From Vicinamibacterales bacterium (GTDB lineage: Bacteria; Acidobacteriota; Vicinamibacteria; Vicinamibacterales; UBA2999), in the NCBI GenBank assembly GCA_035635535.1, contig DASQAX010000539.1, forward strand, positions 1 to 37,666: DNA of 37,666 nt, written 5' to 3'. Position numbers and translations under genes: made by a program. Positions within the stretch are counted from its first letter, which is position 1; each line of letters begins with the position of its first letter. Positions 7,951 to 15,030 of this stretch are shown piece by piece. The notes beneath the pieces were generated by a model that saw only the letters and a program-made list of their open reading frames with translations, had not been told where the DNA came from and did not search any database.

Positions 7951-8762
7951 GCCAGGGCGCGACGCGCCTCTTCGACCTTCTCGCCGGCTTCGATTCGACG
8001 ATCGTCGCCTTCAGCGGCGGCGCCGACAGCGCGTACCTGGCCTGGGCGGCCACCCGCGTCCTCGGCCGCGAACGCACCCTCTGCATCACCGCTGACAGTC
8101 CGAGCTATCCCGATCACCATCGGCAGCTCGCGCTCGCCGTGGCGCGCGACTTCGGCTTGCGCCACGAGATCATTCACACCCGCGAGCTCGAACGTCCCGA
8201 CTACAGCGCCAATCCCCTGAACCGCTGCTACTACTGCAAGCACGAGCTCTACACGGCGCTCACGCGCATCGCGGCGGAGCGTGGCTTCGGCACGGTCGCC
8301 GACGGCGCGAACGCGGACGACCGCGGAGACTACCGGCCGGGCCGCCAGGCGGCGCGCGAGTTCGGCGTCCGGAGCCCGCTCGACGAAGCCGGCCTGACGA
8401 AGGCGGACGTTCGCGAGTTCTCGCATCGCGCCGGGCTGCCGACCTGGGACGAGCCGGCGTCGGCGTGCCTGTCGTCGCGCATCCCGTACCACTCGGCGGT
8501 GACCGGCGAGAAGCTGCGGATGATCGAGCGCGCGGAACGCGTGCTCCGCGATTTCGGGTTCCGGGTCTGCCGCGTGCGGCATCACGACGATCTCGCGCGC
8601 GTGGAGATTGGCGCCGACGAGCTGCCGCGCGCCCTCGAGCCCGACCTGACCGCCCGCATCGTCGCGGCCATCCAGGCGCTCGGCTACCGGCAGGTGACGA
8701 TCGATCCGCGCGGCTATCGCATGGGGAGCCTGAATGAGGGCGTGGTGCTCAGGCCAGCGTAA
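7947..8762 (+). CDS. larE: LarE-type PP-loop ATP pyrophosphatase (TIGR00268-like sulfur transferase family)
   Basis: PP-loop FSGGADS, CxxC (NRCYYCKHE), and the conserved SACLSSRIPY cysteine motif of the LarE family. Length and order match LarE homologues. Confidence 0.8.
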   Translation: MSQGATRLFDLLAGFDSTIVAFSGGADSAYLAWAATRVLGRERTLCITADSPSYPDHHRQLALAVARDFGLRHEIIHTRELERPDYSANPLNRCYYCKHELYTALTRIAAERGFGTVADGANADDRGDYRPGRQAAREFGVRSPLDEAGLTKADVREFSHRAGLPTWDEPASACLSSRIPYHSAVTGEKLRMIERAERVLRDFGFRVCRVRHHDDLARVEIGADELPRALEPDLTARIVAAIQALGYRQVTIDPRGYRMGSLNEGVVLRPA

Positions 8763-8772
8763 CGGCTCGTTC

Positions 8773-8793
8773 GTGGTTGGTGGTTAGTGGTTA
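8773..8793. repeat. Heptamer tandem array (GTGGTTR) x3
   Basis: GTGGTTG GTGGTTA GTGGTTA read directly. The third copy supplies the GTG start at 8787. The decamer TTCGTGGTTG (8770-8779) recurs at 37509-37518. Confidence 0.8.
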
Positions 8794-11039
8794 GGCCGGC
8801 GGCGGCCGTCCTTGCGATCGCCGCGCTGTTTCTGGCGGCGCACATTCCGTTTCTGGCGCCGTCGCTCGAAGACATCGACTCCATCAACTTCGCGCTCGGC
8901 CTGCGCCACTTCGACCCGGCGCTGCACCAGCCGCACCCGCCCGGCTATCCGGTCTACATGCTGCTCGGGCACATCTCCCTCCCCATCGTCGAGCGTGTGA
9001 CATCCACGACGGGGGCGCCCGCCGAAGCACGTGCGCTGGCGATCTGGTCAGCTATCGGCGGGGCAGGCTGCATCGTGGCCGCGTGGTTCCTGTTCGGCGC
9101 ATTGGCGGAGAAAGGACCCAAAGGGTCCGCGCCGCTGAGCCCTTTGTGGGGTGTGCTACTGCTCGCTGTTGCTCCTGACTTCTGGATGACGGGCCTGCGG
9201 CCCATGAGCGACATGCCAGGGCTCGCGCTGGCAATCGCCGCGCAAGCCCTCATGCTTCGCCGCGTTTCACCCGAGCCGCGCGGACCCTTCGAGTCCGTGA
9301 CGGCCGGTGCTCTGCTCGCCGGCATCGCCACGGGCATCCGCGTTCAGTCGGCGGTCCTGACGCTGCCGGTTCTTGCGTTCGTCCTTTTCGAACGGCGACG
9401 CGTGTTGAAGCCGATCGTGGCATTCACGCTCGGTTGCCTCGCGTGGGGCATCCCGCTCGTGATCGCGAGCGGCGGCATCAGCGCCTACCTCGCGGCGCTC
9501 AACACGCAGGCTGCGGAAGATTTTTCCTGGGTGGACATGCTGTGGTCCAACCCGACGCCGCGCCATATCGCGGTCGGCCTGTACCAGGCGCTCGTCCTGC
9601 CGTGGGCGTCGATCCCGCTTGGCGTCGCTGTCGGTGTCGCGGCCGTCATCGGCGTGCTCGTCACGCTGCTGCGCGACTGGCGGGCGCTGCTCGTGCTGGT
9701 GGCCGCCTTCGCGCCGTACTTCGTCTTCCATTTGCTGTTCCAGCAGCTCGACACGGTTCGCTACGCGCTCCCCATCGTCGTTCCGGTCGCGTGGCTCGCC
9801 GCGCGCGCGTTCGCACTGGCCGGACGACTCACGCCGGCCGTCGCGGTCCCCTTCGTCACCGCCGCCTTGTTCGTTGCCGTTCCGGGCGGCGTCGCGTACG
9901 GCCGCGAACCGCACCCGGCGTTCCGCGCGATTGCCGACGCCGTGCAGCGGGCCCGGGTGCAGCCGCCGGGCGCCGTCTTCAGCCACTATGCCGTCCGCCG
10001 TCCGCTCCAGGCCGCCGATGTCGGTACGCTTCATGTCGTCGAGCCGCCGACGCAATACGAATGGCTGGGACTGGTCGATTACTGGCGCAAGGGGGGGACC
10101 GCGCCCGCCTGGTTCCTGGCCGACGCGCGGCGAACCGACCTTGCCCTGATCGATCCGCACAGCCGGACCGACGTTGTCCGCTACCGGTGGCGCGTCGAGC
10201 AGCGCCCGGAATTGAGCGGCACGCGGCCGCTCGGCGTCGACTGGTATCGCCTTGGCGTGCCCGGCTGGTTTGCCGGCCGGGGATGGTCGCTCACCCCGGA
10301 AACCGGCGGTCTCACGCAGGCCTCTTCCAGCGGGCCCGATCGCCAGCCAATCGAGGCGTGGGTCCGGCGGCGGCCCGGCCCGTTTCACCTGGTCGTCGGC
10401 GCGCGGCACCTGGGAAACGGCGCCGATGCGGACGCGGAGGTCACGCTCGCCGTTGACGGACGCGAGATCGATCGGTGGCCGGTGACGCTCGCCGGGCGCA
10501 ACGCGCTCCGGTTCGTCGACCTGCCGCAGGGGATCGACGGGGACGGCCCGTTCGCAACCCTGACGATCGCGTCGCGTGCGGTGGATCCCGGACGGGCGGC
10601 GCCCGTCGCCATCCGTCAGTTCGACATCCAGCCGTCGACGCAGTTGATCTACGGCTACGGCGAGGGATGGCACGAGGCCGAGTTGGTCGTCGGGACCGGG
10701 CTGACGTGGCGCTGGACGAGCGAACGATCCGTGCTGCGGATAAAAGGGCCGCCGCACGCGGTGACCATCACGATGCGTGGCGAGTCGCCGCTGCGCTACT
10801 TCGGCCGCGCGCCGACGGTGAAGGTGACCGCGGCGGACGCGACCATCGCGCAGTTTCAGCCGAATGACGATTTCGAGTGGAGCGTCACGGTCCCCGCCGG
10901 CGCGCTCGCGGCGTCGGGCGGCGCCGTGGCCATCGAAACCGATCGCGTCTACCTTCCGGCACAGGTCGAAGGCACCGCCGATGCGCGGCACCTGGGGCTG
11001 CGCATCTTCGATCTGCGCGTGAATCCCGTCTCTCCTTGA
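8787..11039 (+). CDS. DUF2723/TMEM260-like GT-C family membrane glycosyltransferase with a C-terminal duplicated beta-rich domain
   Basis: N-terminal LEDIDSINFALG...HPPGYPVYMLLG motif typical of DUF2723, about 10 TM helices, then a ~330-aa soluble region with two similar segments (GWSLTPE... and GWHEAEL...WRWTSERSV...). Confidence 0.75.
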   Translation: MVRPAAAVLAIAALFLAAHIPFLAPSLEDIDSINFALGLRHFDPALHQPHPPGYPVYMLLGHISLPIVERVTSTTGAPAEARALAIWSAIGGAGCIVAAWFLFGALAEKGPKGSAPLSPLWGVLLLAVAPDFWMTGLRPMSDMPGLALAIAAQALMLRRVSPEPRGPFESVTAGALLAGIATGIRVQSAVLTLPVLAFVLFERRRVLKPIVAFTLGCLAWGIPLVIASGGISAYLAALNTQAAEDFSWVDMLWSNPTPRHIAVGLYQALVLPWASIPLGVAVGVAAVIGVLVTLLRDWRALLVLVAAFAPYFVFHLLFQQLDTVRYALPIVVPVAWLAARAFALAGRLTPAVAVPFVTAALFVAVPGGVAYGREPHPAFRAIADAVQRARVQPPGAVFSHYAVRRPLQAADVGTLHVVEPPTQYEWLGLVDYWRKGGTAPAWFLADARRTDLALIDPHSRTDVVRYRWRVEQRPELSGTRPLGVDWYRLGVPGWFAGRGWSLTPETGGLTQASSSGPDRQPIEAWVRRRPGPFHLVVGARHLGNGADADAEVTLAVDGREIDRWPVTLAGRNALRFVDLPQGIDGDGPFATLTIASRAVDPGRAAPVAIRQFDIQPSTQLIYGYGEGWHEAELVVGTGLTWRWTSERSVLRIKGPPHAVTITMRGESPLRYFGRAPTVKVTAADATIAQFQPNDDFEWSVTVPAGALAASGGAVAIETDRVYLPAQVEGTADARHLGLRIFDLRVNPVSP

Positions 11040-11068
11040 TTGACAGTGTGGAGACCGGACTGTAAGCT
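11040..11068 (+). promoter_or_regulatory. Sigma70-like promoter candidate for pal (TTGACA - 17 nt - TAAGCT)
   Basis: Consensus -35 TTGACA at 11040-11045, 17-nt spacer, TAAGCT at 11063-11068, 46 nt upstream of the pal ATG. Confidence 0.4.
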
Positions 11069-11114
11069 CCTCGCGGCACTCTTAACGCATTAGACGCTCA
11101 GGGAGATCGCCTCT

Positions 11115-11699
11115 ATGAGTCTGCGCAGAATGTCCTGGACCGCCATCCTCGTCGTGATGGTGATAGTGATATCGGGATGCGCGAAGAAGGTGCCGCCCCC
11201 GCCACCGCAGCCGCCGCCCCCACCCCCGCCGGCCGTTGTGACGCCGCCGCCGCCACCACCACCGCCACCGCCACCGCCGCCACCAGCGCCGCCGGCGGCT
11301 CCTCGGCCGCTGACGGAAGATGAAGTCTTCCAGCGCAAGTCGCTCGACGAGCTGAACGCGGAGCGTCCACTCGGCGACGTGGGCTTCGACTACGACATGG
11401 CGACGATACGCGAAGACGCGCGTCCGATCCTGCAGCGCGACGCCGACTACATGCGGCGCTGGATGTCAATCCGCGTCACGGTCGAAGGGCATGCCGACTC
11501 CCGCGGCACCAACGAGTACAACCTCGCGCTGGGCGAGCGTCGCGGCGCCGCGGTGAAGGATTACCTGGCGAGCCTGGGGATCGCCGCCGATCGCATCCTT
11601 GCGATCAGCAAGGGCGAAGAGCAGCCGGTCTGCACGGAAATGAGCGAGTCCTGTTACGCCATGAACAGGCGCGGTCATTTCATCATTACCGCGAAATAG
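11115..11699 (+). CDS. pal: Peptidoglycan-associated lipoprotein (OmpA-family C-terminal domain) with a polyproline linker
   Basis: Signal peptide with lipobox VISGC, Pro-rich linker, OmpA-like domain (VTVEGHADSRGTNEYNLALGERRGAAVKDYL). Confidence 0.9.
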   Translation: MSLRRMSWTAILVVMVIVISGCAKKVPPPPPQPPPPPPPAVVTPPPPPPPPPPPPPPAPPAAPRPLTEDEVFQRKSLDELNAERPLGDVGFDYDMATIREDARPILQRDADYMRRWMSIRVTVEGHADSRGTNEYNLALGERRGAAVKDYLASLGIAADRILAISKGEEQPVCTEMSESCYAMNRRGHFIITAK

Positions 11700-11741
11700 G
11701 AACCAGGGGACTGGGGAACGAGGGACTCGGTCCCAGGTTCC
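11699..11741. terminator. Hairpin between convergent pal and pyrF (possible bidirectional terminator) built from GGGGACT-type words
   Basis: GGAACC (11699-11704) pairs with GGTTCC (11736-11741). Inner hairpin is GGGAC-TCG-GTCCC (11722-11734). No long U tract. Confidence 0.35.
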
Positions 11742-12452
11742 TTAGTCCCCGAGTTCCCTTACGATCGCCTCTGCCGCCGCGCGCGGATCCTGCGCCGCGA
11801 TAATCGGTCTCCCGACAACGATAAAGCTCGCTCCCGCCTTGATCGCTTCCGCGGGTCCCATCGTCCGCGACTGATCGTTGCGCTCGGCTCCTGCCGACGC
11901 GCCGCGGATTCCCGGTGTCACGATGTGAAAGTCGGGCCCGCACGCCTTGCGGATTTGCGGGGTCTCCTGCGCGGAGGCGACCACGCCCTGGAGGCCCGCC
12001 TGCTGCGTCATGCGCGCCAGCGCGATGACTTGGTCGAGCACCGCGCGCTCGACGCCGACGGCGCGCAGTGCGTCGTGGTCCATGCTCGTCAGCACGGTCA
12101 CGCCGATCATCAGCGGCGCCGGCCGTCCCAGCTTCGCGGATGTCTCGCGTGCCGCCCGTGCCGCCGCCTGCATCATCGCGTGGCCGCCCGACGCGTGCAC
12201 ATTGATCATCCAGGCGCCCGTGCCGACCGCGGCTTCGACCGCCTGTTCGACCGTGTTCGGGATGTCGTGATACTTCAGGTCGAGGAAGACGCGCGATCCC
12301 GCGTCGGCGATGCGGCGCACGAGCGCCGGCCCTTCGCTGGTGAACAGCCTGTTTCCGACCTTGAACCCGCCGGCGAGGCCGCGCAGCGCGGTCACCAGCT
12401 GCATCGCACGCTCGCCGCTCTCGACATCGAGGGCGACTAGGAGCTGATCCAC
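11742..12452 (-). CDS. pyrF: Orotidine 5'-phosphate decarboxylase
   Basis: LLVALDV, DLKYHDIPNT and VVGRPI motifs. GTG start at 12452 chosen to retain the conserved N-terminal ALD. Overlaps the pyrD end by 16 nt. Confidence 0.92.
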   Translation of the reverse strand: MDQLLVALDVESGERAMQLVTALRGLAGGFKVGNRLFTSEGPALVRRIADAGSRVFLDLKYHDIPNTVEQAVEAAVGTGAWMINVHASGGHAMMQAAARAARETSAKLGRPAPLMIGVTVLTSMDHDALRAVGVERAVLDQVIALARMTQQAGLQGVVASAQETPQIRKACGPDFHIVTPGIRGASAGAERNDQSRTMGPAEAIKAGASFIVVGRPIIAAQDPRAAAEAIVRELGD

Positions 12453-13402
12453 TGTTTCTCGCGGGAGGTGGTGTCGATCGTGCCGATGAGATCGGCGAGG
12501 CGTTCGACGCCGTGTCGCCGCATGTAGTCGGTGATGCCGTCGAGGAGCTTGCCCCAGATGAACGGATCGACGAAGTTGGCCGTGCCCACCTGCACGGCGG
12601 TCGCGCCCGCGATGATGAATTCCAGCGCGTCGCGAGCGCTCGCGATCCCGCCCATGCCGACGACCGGAATCTTCACGGCACGGCGGCACTCGTACACCAT
12701 CCGCACGGCGATGGGACGAATCGCCGGACCGCTCAGCCCGCCGACGATGTTGGAGAGGATCGGGCGCCGGGTCTCGACGTCGATCGCCATCGCCAGGAAC
12801 GTGTTGACCAGCGAGACGGCGTCGGCTCCCGCGTCCTCCGACGCGCGCGCGAACGAGGCGACGTCGGTGACATTCGGCGTCAGCTTGGGGATGACGGGCA
12901 GCGGCGTCACCTTTTTCACCGCGCTGACGACGTCGAACGTGCCGTGCAGGCTGCACCCGAACGTGATGCCGCCCTCCTTGATGTTCGGGCACGAGATGTT
13001 CAGCTCGAGGGCGGCGACGCCTTCGGCGTCCGAGAGGATGCGCGCGAGCTCGACGTACTCGTCGAGCGTGCTGCCGCAGATGTTGACGATGACCGTCGCG
13101 CCGAGCTGGCGGAGCTCCGGCAGCTTCTCGCGAACGAACCGGTGCACGCCGATCCCCTGCAGGCCGATCGCGTTCAGCATGCCCGACGGCGTTTCGACGA
13201 TCCGCTCGGGCGGGTGTCCCTCGCGCTCCTTCAGGAAGAGGCCCTTGACGGCCACGCCGCCGAGCGTCGAGAGGTCGACCGCTTCCGCGTATTCGACGCC
13301 GTAGCCAAAGCAGCCGCTCGCCGCGATCAGCGGGTTGGCGAGCGTCAGCGCGCCGATCTGGACCGACAGATCAACGCCCAACTGCCAACTCCCAACTCCC
13401 AA
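12437..13402 (-). CDS. pyrD: Dihydroorotate dehydrogenase, class 1B catalytic subunit
   Basis: LANPLIAASGCFGYG, catalytic-Cys motif LNISCPNIKEGG, GGLSGPAIRPIA. The true start may be the TTG at 13381 (MGVDLSV...), which is preceded by GGGAG with a 7-nt spacer. Confidence 0.92.
   Translation of the reverse strand: MGVGSWQLGVDLSVQIGALTLANPLIAASGCFGYGVEYAEAVDLSTLGGVAVKGLFLKEREGHPPERIVETPSGMLNAIGLQGIGVHRFVREKLPELRQLGATVIVNICGSTLDEYVELARILSDAEGVAALELNISCPNIKEGGITFGCSLHGTFDVVSAVKKVTPLPVIPKLTPNVTDVASFARASEDAGADAVSLVNTFLAMAIDVETRRPILSNIVGGLSGPAIRPIAVRMVYECRRAVKIPVVGMGGIASARDALEFIIAGATAVQVGTANFVDPFIWGKLLDGITDYMRRHGVERLADLIGTIDTTSREKQWISS
13372..13402. repeat. Heptamer tandem array (CAACKSC) x4.4; the minus strand reads GGAGTTG units
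   Basis: CAACGCC CAACTGC CAACTCC CAACTCC CAA read directly. On the coding (minus) strand each unit carries an SD-like GGAG plus a TTG. Confidence 0.8.
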
Positions 13403-13417
13403 GGTACGTAGGGGTCC

Positions 13418-14362
13418 TCAATCCCATACGAGATCGTCCCCTCGGAATACCGGCCCCGCGATGCACGAGCGGACATAGTGGTGTGCAGGCCGGGTGCTTT
13501 CCGCCTCCGCCACGTCGGGTCGCGCAGCGACCCGACAGCCAGCGCTGGTTTGGCAGACCGCTTCGCGGTCTGCCCCGGCGGACTCGCCAGAGCGCGAAGC
13601 GCGGAGGCGGTCGGACCCGGCGTCGTCGCGCACGGGAATCACGCAGCTGTAACAGCCCCCCATCCCGCAGCCCATCACGCGCTCGACCGACACCTGCGAT
13701 GGACATGTGAATCTCGCCGCGACGTGCGTCACGGCTTCAAGCATCGGTTCTGGTCCGCACGCGTAGATCATCACGGCCGGCACCGGCCGGGATCCGAGGT
13801 CGCGGAGCTCGCGTTCGAGCGGCACGGTAATGCGCGCGCGATCGCCGATTGATCCGTCTTCCGTCGAGAGCACCAGCCGGATACCCCGCGACCGGAACCA
13901 GTCCAGGTAGAACAGCTCCGCGCCGCTTCGCGCGCCGTAAAAAAGCGTCGTCTTCGTGCCGCGCGCCAGCAACGCGTCGCCGAGCGTGGCGAACGGCGCG
14001 AGCCCCACGCCACCCGCAACCATCCACGCTTCGGCAGGTGGATCGACGAGCTCGAACGGACGGCCGAGCGGGCCGAGGCACGAGATCGTGTCGCCTTCGA
14101 CCGCATCGAACAGCATGCTCGTCGTGACGCCGATCCGTTTGCTGAGCAGCGTCAAGCCGTCCACGCCGTTGTTCGACCGAAGGACTTCGAACACCGAGAA
14201 CGGCCGCCGCAGCAGCGGATCGCCGCTTCCTCCTGACTTCACCATGACGAACTGGCCGGGCCTGGTGGCGGCGGCGATGTCGGGAGCCGCGAGCGCGATG
14301 ACGTTGTAGTCGGGGGACAGACGCGTGTTGCGGATCACGCGCGCCTCGACGTCGCGAAGCAT
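13418..14362 (-). CDS. pyrK: Dihydroorotate dehydrogenase electron-transfer subunit (FAD / 2Fe-2S)
   Basis: FNR-like fold (RRPFSV, MVAGGVGLAPF), C-terminal cluster motif CGMGGCYSC...C..GPVF. ATG at 14362 chosen; the first 12 codons of the track ORF are just the translated repeat array. Carries a ~45-aa extra segment between the cluster cysteines. Confidence 0.9.
   Translation of the reverse strand: MLRDVEARVIRNTRLSPDYNVIALAAPDIAAATRPGQFVMVKSGGSGDPLLRRPFSVFEVLRSNNGVDGLTLLSKRIGVTTSMLFDAVEGDTISCLGPLGRPFELVDPPAEAWMVAGGVGLAPFATLGDALLARGTKTTLFYGARSGAELFYLDWFRSRGIRLVLSTEDGSIGDRARITVPLERELRDLGSRPVPAVMIYACGPEPMLEAVTHVAARFTCPSQVSVERVMGCGMGGCYSCVIPVRDDAGSDRLRASRSGESAGADREAVCQTSAGCRVAARPDVAEAESTRPAHHYVRSCIAGPVFRGDDLVWD
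13501..13610. repeat. GC-rich imperfect palindrome lying in-frame inside pyrK
   Basis: CCGCCTCCGC (13501-13510) is the exact reverse complement of GCGGAGGCGG (13601-13610). The centre is a perfect GGCAGACCGC-TTC-GCGGTCTGCC (13552-13574). Also contains GGTCGC-GCA-GCGACC. Confidence 0.7.
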
Positions 14363-14374
14363 TCCGGCGAGTAT

Positions 14375-14420
14375 AACCACCAACCATCCAACCACCAACC
14401 AACCTGCCTGCTGCCTGCTG
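14375..14420. repeat. Word array AACCACC AACCATCC AACCACC AACC AACC (TGCCTGC) x2 in the divergent pyrK/pyrR spacer
   Basis: Read directly. Flanked by inverted hexamers AGTATA (14370-14375) and TATACT (14421-14426), so each strand reads TATACT pointing outward. Confidence 0.8.
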
Positions 14421-14433
14421 TATACTGTCTCAG

Positions 14434-14466
14434 CTCTTTAACGCGGTCCTGCGAGTCCGCGAAGAG
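14434..14466 (+). promoter_or_regulatory. pyrR leader hairpin sequestering the SD; PyrR-box-like
   Basis: CTCTT (14434-14438) pairs with AAGAG (14462-14466). CGCGG (14442-14446) pairs with CCGCG (14457-14461). Loop is UCCUGCGAGU. The 3' half GAGUCCGCGAAGAGG resembles the ARUCCAGAGAGGYU PyrR box with a short insertion and contains the SD GAAGAGG. Confidence 0.45.
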
Positions 14467-15030
14467 GTGAACATGCCAGACAGCAAGTCCGCGGTCGTCA
14501 TGGACGCGGATCGCATCGCCCGCACCCTTACCCGCATCGCACACGAAATCGTCGAGCGTAACAAAGGCGTTGATGCCGTCGCGCTCGTCGGCATCCGTAC
14601 GCGCGGCGTCTACATCGCGCGCCGGCTCGCGCGCACGCTGAAGCAGATTACGGGTGACGAGGTGCCGACCGGCGCGCTCGACATCACGCTGTATCGCGAC
14701 GACCTGATGCGGAACGCGGTCGGCCCGCAGCCGGTCATCCGCCGCACCGAGATTCCGTTCTCCATCGACAACAAGACGATTCTCCTCGTGGACGACGTGC
14801 TCTATACGGGGCGGACGACGAGGGCGGCGCTCGACGCGTTGATCGATTTCGGCCGGCCGAAGGGCATTCAGCTGATCGTCCTCGTCGACCGCGGGCACCG
14901 CGAGCTGCCGATCAAGGCGGACTACGTCGGCAAGAACCTGCCGACCAATCCCGAGGAAAGCGTCCAGGTACGGCTGCAGGAAACCGACGGCAACGACGAG
15001 GTGATCCTGCAGCAGGAGGCGACGGTATGA
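14467..15030 (+). CDS. pyrR: Bifunctional pyrimidine operon regulator / uracil phosphoribosyltransferase
   Basis: [14 protein letters not shown] motif [25 protein letters not shown]. The ATG at 14473 has better SD spacing than the GTG at 14467. Confidence 0.93.
   Translation: MNMPDSKSAVVMDADRIARTLTRIAHEIVERNKGVDAVALVGIRTRGVYIARRLARTLKQITGDEVPTGALDITLYRDDLMRNAVGPQPVIRRTEIPFSIDNKTILLVDDVLYTGRTTRAALDALIDFGRPKGIQLIVLVDRGHRELPIKADYVGKNLPTNPEESVQVRLQETDGNDEVILQQEATV

Noticed and set aside
7556-8585. Minus-strand ORFs 7599..8585 (with a poly-Ser tract) and 7556..8089 (poly-Arg)
   Set aside because: These are mirror images of the GAC/GAG-rich acidic tail and of the LarE-like gene. The plus-strand genes have a zinc ribbon and a PP-loop motif, while these have none.
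9267-10991. 574-aa minus ORF and 340-aa plus ORF (9434..10456) inside the DUF2723 gene
   Set aside because: Arg/Gly/Pro-rich with no TM pattern or motif. The 8787..11039 frame has coherent TM helices and the HPPGYP motif.
11090-11469. Poly-Gly ORF 11090..11338 and ORF 11113..11469 on the minus strand
   Set aside because: They are antisense translations of the Pal polyproline tract (CCG/CCA read as GGC/GGT). Pal has a lipobox and an OmpA domain.
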